DNA of 64,000 nucleotides from Nitrososphaerota archaeon (GCA_040290255.1 PSMU01000002.1:224001-288000); one strand, 5' to 3'; positions 1 through 9,727 are shown, counted from the first letter of the stretch. Notes: generated by a model from the sequence alone, not told the origin. Translations and numbers: made by a program.

Positions 1-97
1 CCAGCACGATTTCGCCCTCCTTCACCTCCAAGTCGATGCCGTATAGGGCTCCCTGGCCAGCGGGATAGAAGTAGTGAACCGCGCGGCAGATGATCAT
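1..97 (-). CDS. ECF/ABC transporter ATPase, N-terminal fragment (runs off window)
   Basis: ATG at 97 overlaps the TGA of the upstream ATPase (ATGA). It translates as MIICRAVHYFYPAGQGALYGIDLEVKEGEIVL, a typical ABC ATPase N-terminus. Confidence 0.75.
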   Translation of the reverse strand, partial: MIICRAVHYFYPAGQGALYGIDLEVKEGEIVL

Positions 98-972
98 GGG
101 CTAGCCAGGCTGTCGCGGCGTCCCAAGGATGCGAGGCCCTTGGCCGAGATATCCTCTGGCCGCAGGCCCAGGCTATAAGCTACTTCGGCCAGAAGCGGCC
201 TCTCGAGCCCCAGCTTATCTAGCAGGGGGTTCATGACCGCCTCTTGAAGGGGCTGGTCCAGCGCCACCTTGCCCTCCACGAGCACGATGAGCCTGTCCAC
301 GAGCCCTATCAAGGGCTCGAGCCTGTGCTCCGCTATGATGAGCGTAAGGCCGCCGCCCTTGAGCTGCTGCAGCACGCCCACCACCTCCTCGACGCCCTGC
401 GGATCGAGCATGGCGAGGGGCTCGTCCAGCAGCAGCAGCCTGGGCTTAACGGCCAGCGCGGAAGCCAGGGCCAGGCGCTTCCTTTGGCCCTGCGAGAGCT
501 CGAAGACCGGCGCCCGGGCTAGGGAGGAAAGGCCCGTGGCCTCCAGCGCCCATGATGTGCGCCTCAGCACCTCGCTGGGCTCCAGGCCCAGCCACCTTGG
601 GCCCAGGGCCACGTCGGAGGCGACGCTCTGGCCTATGATCTGGGCCTCCGGGTTTTGCAGCACGGAGGCCACGAGCGAGCTAAGCCGCCGAGCCCCCACG
701 CGCCTAGGCTCGAGGCCAAAGACCTCTACGGAACCCTCGAGCGTGCCCGAGTAGAAGTGGGGGATGAGGCCGTTGATGCAGCGCAGGAGCGTGCTTTTCC
801 CGCTGCCCGTGGGCCCGACGAGCGCCACGGCCTCACCCTCCCTGACCTCAAGGCTCACGGGCCCCAGCGCGGGCCTTACATCGCCGAAGTATGTGAAGAT
901 GAGCGAGGAGATCCTAACGGCGCTCCTGCCCTGGGGCGAGGGCGACTCCGCCGAGGAAGAGGGAGCAATCAT
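94..972 (-). CDS. Energy-coupling factor transporter ATPase (EcfA/CbiO family)
   Basis: Walker A GPTGSGKST, Q-loop LQNPEAQ, signature LSQGQ, Walker B LLLLDEP, switch EHRL. Confidence 0.9.
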   Translation of the reverse strand: MIAPSSSAESPSPQGRSAVRISSLIFTYFGDVRPALGPVSLEVREGEAVALVGPTGSGKSTLLRCINGLIPHFYSGTLEGSVEVFGLEPRRVGARRLSSLVASVLQNPEAQIIGQSVASDVALGPRWLGLEPSEVLRRTSWALEATGLSSLARAPVFELSQGQRKRLALASALAVKPRLLLLDEPLAMLDPQGVEEVVGVLQQLKGGGLTLIIAEHRLEPLIGLVDRLIVLVEGKVALDQPLQEAVMNPLLDKLGLERPLLAEVAYSLGLRPEDISAKGLASLGRRDSLASP

Positions 973-1682
973 GATTCAGGGCGAGGGAGGGGCGTCAAGA
1001 AGGGCTGCATGGCCGCTAGCAGAAAGCGGGCATCCTCCAGCGCGATCTGGCCCGGGGCCGTGGCCTCCTCCCCCACCGAAACGTAGGTGAAGGGAGCTCC
1101 CGCGAAGAGGCAAAGCAGCCGGGAGTGGATGCCGCGGGGGCCCTGCGCGAAGGCGATGAGCTCGCCGGGCCTCGCCAGCCTGTAGAGCGAGAGCACGTTG
1201 CCCGCATCCCTGCCGGTCCTGGCCCAGGGGACGATCTTCAGCACCTCGCCACACCCCCTCATGCCCTCAAAGAGCCGCCTCAGCCGCCCCGGTTCAGGGG
1301 TGAGGGAGGGATGATGCCAGGAAGCTATGATGCCCTTGCTGCCCTTCAGCTCCGGCAGCCGCTCCTTCAGCGTGAAGTAGTCGATGTCCACGAAGCGGGG
1401 CTCCATCGAAAGGAGGTCCCGGACCAGGGCCAGATATTCCCTTAGGAGCCCACGGAAGAAGCCTCCCTCCGAAGCGGTCCTGCACGTGAGGATCAGCCGG
1501 TCCAGGTAGGGGGCCACGACCCCCCTTAGGCCGGGCAGCTGTCCCTCCCCCAAATAATCCACCCTGACCTCTACGAGGCCAGCTCCAAAGTGGAAGGCGC
1601 GCCTGATCAGCTTCTCCAGCTTCGCCAGGGAACTCACGCCTATGGAGGCACAGAGCCTGGCGGAGACCTCTGGGGCGCTCAT
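969..1682 (-). CDS. aroD: Type I 3-dehydroquinate dehydratase
   Basis: EVRVDYL, ILTCRTASEGG, SWH, LKIV Schiff-base Lys, TAPGQ motifs. TATA-like TATATTAT on the minus strand at about 1709-1716. Confidence 0.85.
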   Translation of the reverse strand: MSAPEVSARLCASIGVSSLAKLEKLIRRAFHFGAGLVEVRVDYLGEGQLPGLRGVVAPYLDRLILTCRTASEGGFFRGLLREYLALVRDLLSMEPRFVDIDYFTLKERLPELKGSKGIIASWHHPSLTPEPGRLRRLFEGMRGCGEVLKIVPWARTGRDAGNVLSLYRLARPGELIAFAQGPRGIHSRLLCLFAGAPFTYVSVGEEATAPGQIALEDARFLLAAMQPFLTPLPRPES

Positions 1683-1732
1683 CTAAGGACCCCGGCTTGG
1701 GCGAGGGGATAATATAGACATATCCCTGAGGC

Positions 1733-2884
1733 CTAAAAGACGAGCTCCACTACGTCGCCGTCTTCGAGCACGTGCTCGGGGCCCACCCTCTGCCCCTGAA
1801 GCTTGGCCGAGGGGCCCCAAAGCCTTGCGAACTTGAGCGCTTGCGCGAGCTTCGCATGTATCGCAGAGGCGACATCTCGCACCGTCGCCCCCCTTCGCAG
1901 CAGCAGGGGAGGTCCCTCCACCACGCCGCCCCTTCTTGTATAGACCCTTATCAGGCCCAGGCAGCCAAAGAGCCGCCCGCGAAGCTCTTCTAGGCCTGAG
2001 CCCGTGACGGCGGATGTCCTGCAAAGGACCACGCCTTGGCCCAGCTCTCCCACGGACAACGTAGCCCCTGGAGCTGCCAAGTCGATCTTGTTGAGGGCTA
2101 TGACGGCGGGCCTGTAGACGAGCCCCCTGACGAGATGATCCTCTATCTCCTCAAGCCCTCCCTCCCCCTCCACCCTCAGCACCGCATGCGCGTAGCCCAG
2201 GCTTACCAGCAGCTCGCTTACCTCACTGGGCGAGGCCCGAATCCTCGGCCCAAGCATCACCCTAAGCCCCCCCGATCCCAGCCTAGTCAGCTGCACGCGA
2301 CAGCTGGCCCTGCCCAGGCGGAGTCCGTATAGCTCCAGGAGCTCCGTCAGCTTCATGAACTGGATCTCGGGCCGCCGGGATGCGTCCAGCACGATGAGAA
2401 GCGCATCAGAACCCTTGGCAAAGCCGATGCTGCGCGGCGCGAAGGCGCTCTCCCTCAGGTCCTCCGTGAGCACCGAGGGCAGCTCGACGAGCTGCACCCT
2501 CGCGCTTTCCAGTTGAAGGATGCCCGGCTGGGGGGTCACGGTCGTGAAGGGATAAGGCTCCACCCTAGCCCCCGCGCCGGTGAGGGCGTTAAGCAGCGAG
2601 GACTTGCCGGCATTGGCGGGGCCCAGAAGGCTGATCTGAGGCAGGGCACCCCTCTCGACATAGAACTCGACGAGCCTGGCGGGCCTTCTGCCCTTCTTTT
2701 CCTGGGCCTCCCTCCTCAGCTCCGAGAGCCTCTTTCTTAGAAATCTGAGCACCTTGGCCGTGCCCTTGTGCTTAGGGATCAGAGCCATAGCCTCCTGAAG
2801 GGCCCTTATCTTCTCCTCCGTATTCCTGGCGGCCGAATACTCCGCCAGCTTCCTCCTGGCGTCCCAAGGTAGGTTAGCCGGCAA
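1733..2884 (-). CDS. DRG/OBG-family GTPase with C-terminal TGS domain
   Basis: Likely TTG start at 2884 (xPANLP). IPKHKGT, G1 GPANAGKS, G2 YPFTT, G4 NKID, TGS end GQRVGPEHVLEDGDVVEL. Confidence 0.88.
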   Translation of the reverse strand: MPANLPWDARRKLAEYSAARNTEEKIRALQEAMALIPKHKGTAKVLRFLRKRLSELRREAQEKKGRRPARLVEFYVERGALPQISLLGPANAGKSSLLNALTGAGARVEPYPFTTVTPQPGILQLESARVQLVELPSVLTEDLRESAFAPRSIGFAKGSDALLIVLDASRRPEIQFMKLTELLELYGLRLGRASCRVQLTRLGSGGLRVMLGPRIRASPSEVSELLVSLGYAHAVLRVEGEGGLEEIEDHLVRGLVYRPAVIALNKIDLAAPGATLSVGELGQGVVLCRTSAVTGSGLEELRGRLFGCLGLIRVYTRRGGVVEGPPLLLRRGATVRDVASAIHAKLAQALKFARLWGPSAKLQGQRVGPEHVLEDGDVVELVF

Positions 2885-3221
2885 GGCCCCTGGGCGAGAG
2901 CAGGTCGACGATCTTGACCTCGAGCGCCGGCTGCTGCAGCAGAAAGGCCAGCGCCCTCGTGGCAACTGCCGAGTTCTTCCGCACCTCTTCAGGATGGTCG
3001 AGCAGCTGGGCTTCCTGGTCCACCGGGCCGGCGATGGCCGGCCCTAGATCTCTGCCGCTGATGAGGGCGATATTTCCGCTCCTGCTGCGCACCTTGCCGC
3101 CCAGCTCGGCCGCCAGGCTGGAGCTCAGCTGACCTAGCCTATGGGTAGTATGCAGCCCGCCAACTACGTAGGCCGCCAGGAACGCCAGCGCCAAGTAAAA
3201 CATGAGGATTGCGGCATCCAT
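2874..3221 (-). CDS. Hypothetical small protein with N-terminal membrane anchor
   Basis: ATG at 3221 lies ~28 nt downstream of the TATA-like element at 3248-3258. Hydrophobic N-terminus. The stop overlaps the GTPase start. Confidence 0.5.
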   Translation of the reverse strand: MDAAILMFYLALAFLAAYVVGGLHTTHRLGQLSSSLAAELGGKVRSRSGNIALISGRDLGPAIAGPVDQEAQLLDHPEEVRKNSAVATRALAFLLQQPALEVKIVDLLSPRGLAG

Positions 3222-3279
3222 GTGCGTTCGGCCCCGCCACAAGGTAGGCTTATTAAGCTGCGGACCACCTTGCCGGGCC

Positions 3280-3483
3280 TTGCGTTACGAGCTGGCGGCG
3301 GGGAACCTGATGCTCGGCCGCTTTACGTTCGCCTTTATTGGCCTGCCAGAGGGCTGGGGGCTTAGCCTGGGCACCGAGCCCGACGTCTACCCCATAGTGA
3401 GGGTGGGCGATCAGGCCTGGGTGGCGGAGGGGAGCGCGCTATATTTTGCCGCGGCTCCGGTCACGGGTGAAAGCTCGAGCTGA
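3280..3483 (+). CDS. Small hypothetical ORF or gene remnant
   Basis: TTG at 3280 lies ~22 nt downstream of the same TATA element. Protein-like composition but no recognised motif. Confidence 0.3.
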   Translation: MRYELAAGNLMLGRFTFAFIGLPEGWGLSLGTEPDVYPIVRVGDQAWVAEGSALYFAAAPVTGESSS

Positions 3484-3748
3484 GCTTAAGGTGCAGGAGG
3501 CCCCGCAGCGAGTCCCTCCGCGGACAGGTGATCAGAACGGCCGGGCATTTGGCCGCTTATGAGCTGGGTCGGCTTAGGGCCGGCCTGCTGAAGAGGGGGT
3601 TCTTCACAAACTCAGGCTCCTCGTGCCCTGTGAAGTGATGAAGAGGGTGGTGGAGCTGGTGGGCGAGGAGGGGGGCCTGAGGAGGTTCCTCCAGCAAGAG
3701 GATCCTGTACTTTGCCACGACGTGGGCGGGGCGTAGGCCTTATCCGGT

Positions 3749-4183
3749 TCAAGGGCTTTTGCCGCCGTTAGCCACATCGCCCATCAACGTTATCAGGACC
3801 ATGCGCTGCCGGGGACCATCCCACTCCACCAGGAAGAGGCTCTGCCAGCTCCCCAGCTGAAGCTTGCCTGCTGAGATGGGCAGCGCGATGTAGGGGAGCT
3901 GTAGTAGCGACCTCAGGTGGGCATGTGCGTTGTTGTCGACCTTATTGTGCTCGTAGGGGCCTGCCTCGGGAACGAGCCTCGAAAGGAGCTGCAGCACGTC
4001 CTCCTTAAGGCCCTCCTCATCCTCGTTGACCGCGAGCGCGCAAGTCGTGTGCGGGACCGAAATTAGCGCGATCCCCTCCGTGAATTCGGATCGGCCCAGA
4101 AGTTCCTGTACCTGTGGCGTGATGTTGACGAGCTGCGAGCGCCTCTCGGTCTGTACCCTCAACCGAAGCTGAAGGACCCGCAT
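3749..4183 (-). CDS. yjbQ: YjbQ/UPF0047 family protein (secondary thiamine-phosphate synthase)
   Basis: VPHTTCALAVNE, YEHN..DNNAHAHL, LGSWQSLFLVEWDGPRQR. Confidence 0.9.
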   Translation of the reverse strand: MRVLQLRLRVQTERRSQLVNITPQVQELLGRSEFTEGIALISVPHTTCALAVNEDEEGLKEDVLQLLSRLVPEAGPYEHNKVDNNAHAHLRSLLQLPYIALPISAGKLQLGSWQSLFLVEWDGPRQRMVLITLMGDVANGGKSP

Positions 4184-4258
4184 AGGGCAGTGTAGGTCCT
4201 GCGGCTATTTGTCTCTTGCCGGGGGAAGGTTAAAACTGGGGCCCCTCCGTGGAGGTGC

Positions 4259-5293
4259 GTGAAGGCGCTCGTGTACCATGGCCCGCGGGACGTGAGGCTT
4301 GAGGAGGTCGAGAGGCCGCGGCCCGGCCCAGGCGAAGTCCTCGTACGGGTAAAGGCAGCCTTAACCTGTGGCACGGACCTGAAGGCATACAGGAGGGGGC
4401 ATCCGCTCATGAGGGAAGGGGTCATCATGGGCCATGAGTTCTCGGGCATTGTGGAAGAAATAGGGCAGGGGGTAAGCACGTTTAGGAGGGGCGATAGGAT
4501 AGCCTGCACTAACTCGGCGCCATGCCTCTTCTGTCGCTACTGCATGCTGGGGCGACATAACCTCTGTGAGCGCCTGACCGAGGAGGCGCTGGGGTTTTCG
4601 AGGAATGGAGGCTATGCGGAGTACGTCACGGTGCCGGAGCGTGTATTAAGGCTGAATGCCTTCCATCTGCCCGAGAATACCGCCTTCGAGGAGGCTGCCT
4701 TCCTAGAGCCCCTCTCCTGCGCGGTACATGGCCAGAGGATGCTGGGGCTATCGCTAGGGGAGGCCGTGCTCATCCTGGGGGCGGGGCCCGTGGGCCTCAT
4801 GCATGTCCAGCTCTGCAGGCTGAGGGGGGCAAACCCCATCATCGTGGCTGATCCTCACGAGGAGAAGCTGGAGCTGGCCAGGCGGCTGGGGGCTGATCAT
4901 ACCATAGACCTTGCCAAGGAAGGGCTGAGGGAGCGCCTTGAAGAGGTCACGAATGGCAGGGGCGTCAGCGCCGTCATCGAAGCCGTGGGAAAGGTGCAGG
5001 CATGGGAGCAGGCCGCCGAAGTGGTGGCCAAGGGGGGGCGTGTCTTACTCTTCGGCGGCTGTCCGAGGGGGACCAAGGCCTCCTTCGACACATATAGGAT
5101 CCACTATGAGGAGGTCGCGCTCCTGGGCTCCTTTCATTACTCGCCGGGCGATGCCAAGGCGGCCTTCGAGCTGATAGTTGGAGGGCGCGTGAACCTCAGG
5201 CCCCTTATCTCGAGGAGCGTTGGATTCGAGGGGCTGCTCTCATACTTTCTCGAGCAGGGGGGCGGGTCGATAAAGGTGGCCCTGACGCCCTAG
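4259..5293 (+). CDS. Zinc-dependent alcohol/polyol dehydrogenase (MDR family)
   Basis: CGTD, GHE, structural Zn CxxCxxC-x7-C, EPLSC, GAGPVG. Confidence 0.9.
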   Translation: MKALVYHGPRDVRLEEVERPRPGPGEVLVRVKAALTCGTDLKAYRRGHPLMREGVIMGHEFSGIVEEIGQGVSTFRRGDRIACTNSAPCLFCRYCMLGRHNLCERLTEEALGFSRNGGYAEYVTVPERVLRLNAFHLPENTAFEEAAFLEPLSCAVHGQRMLGLSLGEAVLILGAGPVGLMHVQLCRLRGANPIIVADPHEEKLELARRLGADHTIDLAKEGLRERLEEVTNGRGVSAVIEAVGKVQAWEQAAEVVAKGGRVLLFGGCPRGTKASFDTYRIHYEEVALLGSFHYSPGDAKAAFELIVGGRVNLRPLISRSVGFEGLLSYFLEQGGGSIKVALTP

Positions 5294-6309
5294 CCGAGCA
5301 CCATCACCTTAAGCCCTTCTCCCTGCTCGGCCACCCTAAAGGCCTCCACGGCCTCTGAGAGCGGGAATCTATGTGTGACCAGGTCGGAGACGACTAGCCT
5401 ACGTCCCGAAAGGAGCGTAAGGGCGGCCCTCATCTCGGCCTCGGAGGTAGAATAGCTGGCCGCGATGCTCACCTCCCCTATGAAGAGGTCCTGGAGGTTC
5501 AGCAGCAGCGGCGCCGCTTCGGGCGCCCCAAAGATGCCAAGCGTGCCCCCTTTTCTTAGCGCGCGCAGCGCCTGCTGCGCTGCCTGAATGCTGGAGGTGG
5601 CCACGATGGCCAGATCCACGCCGCGGCCCTCGGTGGCCCGGCGGCTCAGCTCGCTTGGATCCTCGCGCAGCGGGCTAGCCGCTATATCCACGCCCATGTC
5701 CTTCGCGGCCTGAAGCCTCCTTTCCCTGACATCGAAGACGAGTAGGGGTCCAGCCCCTAGGTTGAGGAGGAGCTTGACGAAGAGGAGGCCCATCGGTCCC
5801 GCGCCGAAGACCGCCACGCTCATTGGGCTCCTGTAGTTAAATCGCCTGAGCGCCCTTATGCAGCAGGCCAGGGGCTCCACAAGGGCCCCCTCTTCATACG
5901 TGAGGCCGCTGGGCAACGGCAGGACGCCCCCCCTCTCCACGTTCATCTTGGGCACCCTGAAGAACTCCGAGAAACCCCCCGGGTCAAGGTTGCTCTTGGG
6001 AAAGAGCTCACAGAGCGTCGGCTGGTCATGGAGGCAGTAGTAGCAGGCTCCACATGAGACATGATGGTGGACTACCACGCGCGTTCCCGGCCTCAGGTCC
6101 GAGGCCCCTTCGCCCACCTGCTCGACCTCACCAGCCACCTCATGTCCCAGCTGCACGGGCGTGAGCGACCAGCCCCTCAGCTTCTCTAGGTCCGTGCCGC
6201 AGATGCCGCAGGCCTTCATCCTCACGAGCAGCTCGCCCGGCCCTATGCGGGGCACGGGCACCTCCCTGAGCACGGGGCGGCGGGCTTCGTCCACGAAGAG
6301 CGCCTTCAT
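5290..6309 (-). CDS. Zinc-dependent alcohol/polyol dehydrogenase (MDR family)
   Basis: CGICGTD, GHE, CGACYYC-x7-C, EPLAC, GAGPMG. ATGA overlap with the E2 gene. Confidence 0.9.
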   Translation of the reverse strand: MKALFVDEARRPVLREVPVPRIGPGELLVRMKACGICGTDLEKLRGWSLTPVQLGHEVAGEVEQVGEGASDLRPGTRVVVHHHVSCGACYYCLHDQPTLCELFPKSNLDPGGFSEFFRVPKMNVERGGVLPLPSGLTYEEGALVEPLACCIRALRRFNYRSPMSVAVFGAGPMGLLFVKLLLNLGAGPLLVFDVRERRLQAAKDMGVDIAASPLREDPSELSRRATEGRGVDLAIVATSSIQAAQQALRALRKGGTLGIFGAPEAAPLLLNLQDLFIGEVSIAASYSTSEAEMRAALTLLSGRRLVVSDLVTHRFPLSEAVEAFRVAEQGEGLKVMVLG

Positions 6310-7364
6310 GGGCCCAGGAGCTCCTCCGGCCGCTCAAGCAGCTCCTTGACCCTGGCCAAGAACCTGCTCGCGGGCACGCCATCCACGGCCCTATGGTCAA
6401 AGACCAGTGTGAGCGTAAAGCTGGGCTTCACGATCACCTCCTGGCCCAGCGCCACGGGCCGGGGCTTGATTGCTCCTACGCCCAAGATGGCGCAGGCGGG
6501 CGGATTTAGGACGGGCGCGAAATAGTCCACGCCCTCGCTCCCTAGGTTCGAGATCGTGAACGTATGGCCCAGCGTTTCCTCCGGCCTGAGCGTGCCCTCC
6601 CTCGCACGCGCTATCAGCGCCTCCACTGCTTCATGAAGCTCCTGCGCCCGCAGGGTGTGCGCATTCCTGAGAACGGGCGCGAGCAGTCCCCTGGGCGTAT
6701 GCACGGCTATGGCGATGTTCACGGCGCCATGCTGCCTTATCTCATCCTCCTCCAGCGTGCAGTTGAGCTCCTTGTGCTCGAGCAGCGCCCTGGCGCAGGC
6801 CCTGGCGATCAGCGCCGTGAGGCTAAGGCGCGAAGTTTGCGATAGCTCCAGCAGCCTCTCCGCGCCGACCTCCATGGAGATCGGCGTGGGCACGGTGGTG
6901 CGATGCGCGTAGCTCAGCCTTTCGGCGATGGCCCTCCGCAGGCCCTCGAGCTTGTAGCTCTTGAAGGGCTTCTCTTCGCCTGGAGTCGGGGCTAGCCCCT
7001 TTACCTCCCTGAGCACATCCTCGGCCGTTATCCTGCCGCCGGGCCCCGTGCCCCTGACCTTGGTGAGGTCTACGTTGTGCTCCCGAGCCAGCCTCTTGGC
7101 CATGGGGGAGGCCAGCACCTCCTGCTGCTCCGCCTCTACCACCGCCAGCAGCTCGCCCACCTTGACCACGGCGCCTTGTTCAGCCCTTATCCTCAGCCTG
7201 CCCGAGGCCGGCGACCTGAGCTCGAGGGTGCTCTTTTCGCCCTCTAGGAGCGCTATGACCTCTCCCTCCCGCACGGCCTCCCCTTCGCCCTTGAGCCAAG
7301 ATACGACCTTCCCCTCCTGCATGGCGGGATCGAAGCGGGGCATGCGCACCTCAGCGCTTGCCAT
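6306..7364 (-). CDS. 2-oxoacid/acetoin dehydrogenase E2, dihydrolipoamide acyltransferase
   Basis: Lipoyl domain (EGEKST), E3-binding domain ASPMAKRLARE..GTGPGGRI, catalytic DHRAVDG. Confidence 0.92.
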   Translation of the reverse strand: MASAEVRMPRFDPAMQEGKVVSWLKGEGEAVREGEVIALLEGEKSTLELRSPASGRLRIRAEQGAVVKVGELLAVVEAEQQEVLASPMAKRLAREHNVDLTKVRGTGPGGRITAEDVLREVKGLAPTPGEEKPFKSYKLEGLRRAIAERLSYAHRTTVPTPISMEVGAERLLELSQTSRLSLTALIARACARALLEHKELNCTLEEDEIRQHGAVNIAIAVHTPRGLLAPVLRNAHTLRAQELHEAVEALIARAREGTLRPEETLGHTFTISNLGSEGVDYFAPVLNPPACAILGVGAIKPRPVALGQEVIVKPSFTLTLVFDHRAVDGVPASRFLARVKELLERPEELLGP

Positions 7365-7367
7365 GGC

Positions 7368-8348
7368 CTAGCCCCTCACCAGCCTCTTGGCCGCCGCGGC
7401 GATCGCTTCCGCGCTGACCATATAGCGCTTTTCCAGCTCGGGCGAGAAGGGCACGGGCATCGGCGGTGAGCCCACCCTTACGATGGGCGCGTCCAGATAG
7501 TCCAACGTCTCCTCGGCGGCGCGGGCGGCGAGCTCCGCGCCTATCCCGCCCGTCACTATGTCATCCTCGGCCACGAGCAGCCTGTTGGTGCGCTTCACTG
7601 AACCGAAGAGGGCCTCGAAGTCGATGGGCTGTAGCGTCATGAGGTCCAGCACCTCCGCTTCTATGCCCTCCGCGCTGAGCAGGTCAGCCGCCCGCAGGGC
7701 CTCCTGGACGGTCCTCGAGAAGCAGGCGATCGTGATGTCGGTCCCCCTCCTCTTTATTTCGGCCCTGCCCAGAGGAGTTATGTAGTCCTGGTCGGGTACC
7801 TCGCCCCTTAGCCTATGGTAAAGGTAGCCGCATTCTATAAAGAGCACGGGGCTGTCCTGCCTCAGGGCGGCCTTTAGCAGGCCCTTTGCATCCCTGGGCG
7901 TGCCCGGGGCTACGACCTTCAGCCCCGGCGCCTGCAGGAAGGCGGAGGGAAAGAACTGGCTGTGCTGGGCGCCGTGGGCCCTGCCGAGGCTATACTGCGT
8001 CCTAACTACAAAGGGCAGCTTCAGCTGGCCTCCGCTCATGAAGCGCAGCTTTGCCGCATGAGTAACGAGCTGGTCCATGGCGATGTAGACGAAGTCCATG
8101 TACATGATCTCGGCCACCGGCCTCAGGCCCATCAGCGAGGCCCCTATCGCCATGCCCACGATGGCTATCTCCGAGATGGGCGTGTCCCTTACCCTCTCAG
8201 GACCAAACTCCTCTAGGAGCCCCTTGGTGACCCTGTACACCCCTCCCGCCGCGGCGACGTCCTCGCCGAAGATTATGATGCTCCCATCCCTCTTCATCTC
8301 CTCCCGCAGGGCTTCGTTGAGCGCCTCGGCGTAGGTGAGCTGCCTCAT
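7368..8348 (-). CDS. 2-oxoacid/acetoin dehydrogenase E1 beta subunit
   Basis: Start MRQLTYAEAL at 8348. GEDV, RVRDTPISE, RPVAEIM, AQHSQ. Confidence 0.92.
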   Translation of the reverse strand: MRQLTYAEALNEALREEMKRDGSIIIFGEDVAAAGGVYRVTKGLLEEFGPERVRDTPISEIAIVGMAIGASLMGLRPVAEIMYMDFVYIAMDQLVTHAAKLRFMSGGQLKLPFVVRTQYSLGRAHGAQHSQFFPSAFLQAPGLKVVAPGTPRDAKGLLKAALRQDSPVLFIECGYLYHRLRGEVPDQDYITPLGRAEIKRRGTDITIACFSRTVQEALRAADLLSAEGIEAEVLDLMTLQPIDFEALFGSVKRTNRLLVAEDDIVTGGIGAELAARAAEETLDYLDAPIVRVGSPPMPVPFSPELEKRYMVSAEAIAAAAKRLVRG

Positions 8349-8352
8349 ATCG

Positions 8353-9372
8353 CTAGGCGTACACGAAGTCGCCCAGCTGCTCGAAGGGGACCAGCGGTGC
8401 GCTCTGCGCCTCCTGCACCGCCCTCTCGAGCCGCCGCTCGATATCGCCTTCAACTTCGCTTAGCCAATCCGCGTCCAGAAGGCCCCAGCTGCTCAGCCTG
8501 CTCTTGAAGAGCTCGATGGGGTCCTTGGAGAGCCATCGCTCCACCTCCTCCTTGGGCCTATAGGTCGCCTTGTCGTAGACCCCATGCCCTCCCCTCCTAT
8601 AGGTCTCGCATTCCAGGAAGTATGGGCCCTCGCCGGCCCTTATCCTGCGGGCTGCCTCGGCCGCAGCCCTGTAGACTTCTATCACATCGTTTCCGAACAC
8701 GCGCGCCGTCGCCATGCCGTAGGAGGCCGCCCGGGAGGTGATCGATCCGGCCGCGAGCGAAGCCCTAAGCGGCGTGAATTCGGCGTAATAGTTGTTCTCA
8801 CAGACGAACAGCACGGGCAGGCGCCAAAGCGAGCAGATGTTAAGGGCCTCGTGAAAGGCGCCGGTGTTCACCGCGCCGTCGCCAAAGAAGCAGGCGACGA
8901 GCGCATCGCTTTTCCTGTACCTTAGGGCCAGGGCCAGGCCTGCTGCTATCGGCAGGCCGCTGCCGACTATGGCCGTGGCCACAGGGATCCCATGCTCAAG
9001 GCTGATGGCAGCATGCATGGAGCCGCCCAGGCCCTTGCAGGTGCCCGTGGCCCTCCCGAAGAGCTCGGCCATGAGGGCCTCAACGCTAACGCCCCTCGCC
9101 AGCGCATGGCCATGGCACCTGTACGTGGTGACGACCTTGTCATCCTGCCGCAGCGCGCTTAGAACCCCCACGGCCACGGCCTCCTGCCCGTAATACAGAT
9201 GGGAGGGGCCCGTCAGGAGGCCCTTAACGAGGAAGAGTTCCTCCACCTTCTCCTCGAACTTCCTGATTTCGAGCATCTTGGAGAGCATGTTCAGCAGCGC
9301 CTCCCTTGTGAGGCCCAGGCGGCCCAGCTCCTCAGGGCCGGCGCTCCCGCCAGCTGGCCCGTGAGAGGACAT
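8353..9372 (-). CDS. 2-oxoacid/acetoin dehydrogenase E1 alpha subunit (TPP-dependent)
   Basis: HLYYGQEA, YRCHGH, GGSMH, TPP motif GDGA...ENN, YR..GH. Confidence 0.92.
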   Translation of the reverse strand: MSSHGPAGGSAGPEELGRLGLTREALLNMLSKMLEIRKFEEKVEELFLVKGLLTGPSHLYYGQEAVAVGVLSALRQDDKVVTTYRCHGHALARGVSVEALMAELFGRATGTCKGLGGSMHAAISLEHGIPVATAIVGSGLPIAAGLALALRYRKSDALVACFFGDGAVNTGAFHEALNICSLWRLPVLFVCENNYYAEFTPLRASLAAGSITSRAASYGMATARVFGNDVIEVYRAAAEAARRIRAGEGPYFLECETYRRGGHGVYDKATYRPKEEVERWLSKDPIELFKSRLSSWGLLDADWLSEVEGDIERRLERAVQEAQSAPLVPFEQLGDFVYA

Positions 9373-9451
9373 CTGGCCGCTCCCCGGCCCTGCCGTTAAT
9401 AAGGTTTGGTCGAGGGCTAACGCAAATATTTCCCCTTCCCGGCCGCCTTTC

Positions 9452-9715
9452 GTGCGCGTGGCAAGGATCCTGGGCTACCGGCAGGGGCTAAACCGCCAGG
9501 TCACGTCCCAGGTGCTGCTTAGGGTCGAGGGCGCGACGAAGGAGGAGCTCCAGCGGCTTCTGGGCCGGGCAGTGATTTACAGGGACAGGTTCGGCAACGT
9601 GTATAGGGGTCAAATCCTGGCGAGACACGGTAACGGAGATGTCGTGAGGGCCCGCTTCTCCCCCAACCTGCCCGGGCAGGCCCTGGGCGGAATAGCGGAG
9701 ATTCAAGAGGAGTGA
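9452..9715 (+). CDS. rpl35ae: 50S ribosomal protein L35Ae
   Basis: 87 aa with GYRQG..RQ, HGNGDVVRARF.PNLPGQALG, characteristic of L35Ae. Confidence 0.88.
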   Translation: MRVARILGYRQGLNRQVTSQVLLRVEGATKEELQRLLGRAVIYRDRFGNVYRGQILARHGNGDVVRARFSPNLPGQALGGIAEIQEE

Positions 9716-9727
9716 GGGGCACAAGGG

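Noticed and set aside
3636-3680. Possible C/D box sRNA (GTGATGA...CTGA)
   Set aside because: The internal D'/C' boxes are non-consensus and the spacing is short, so a chance match is likely.
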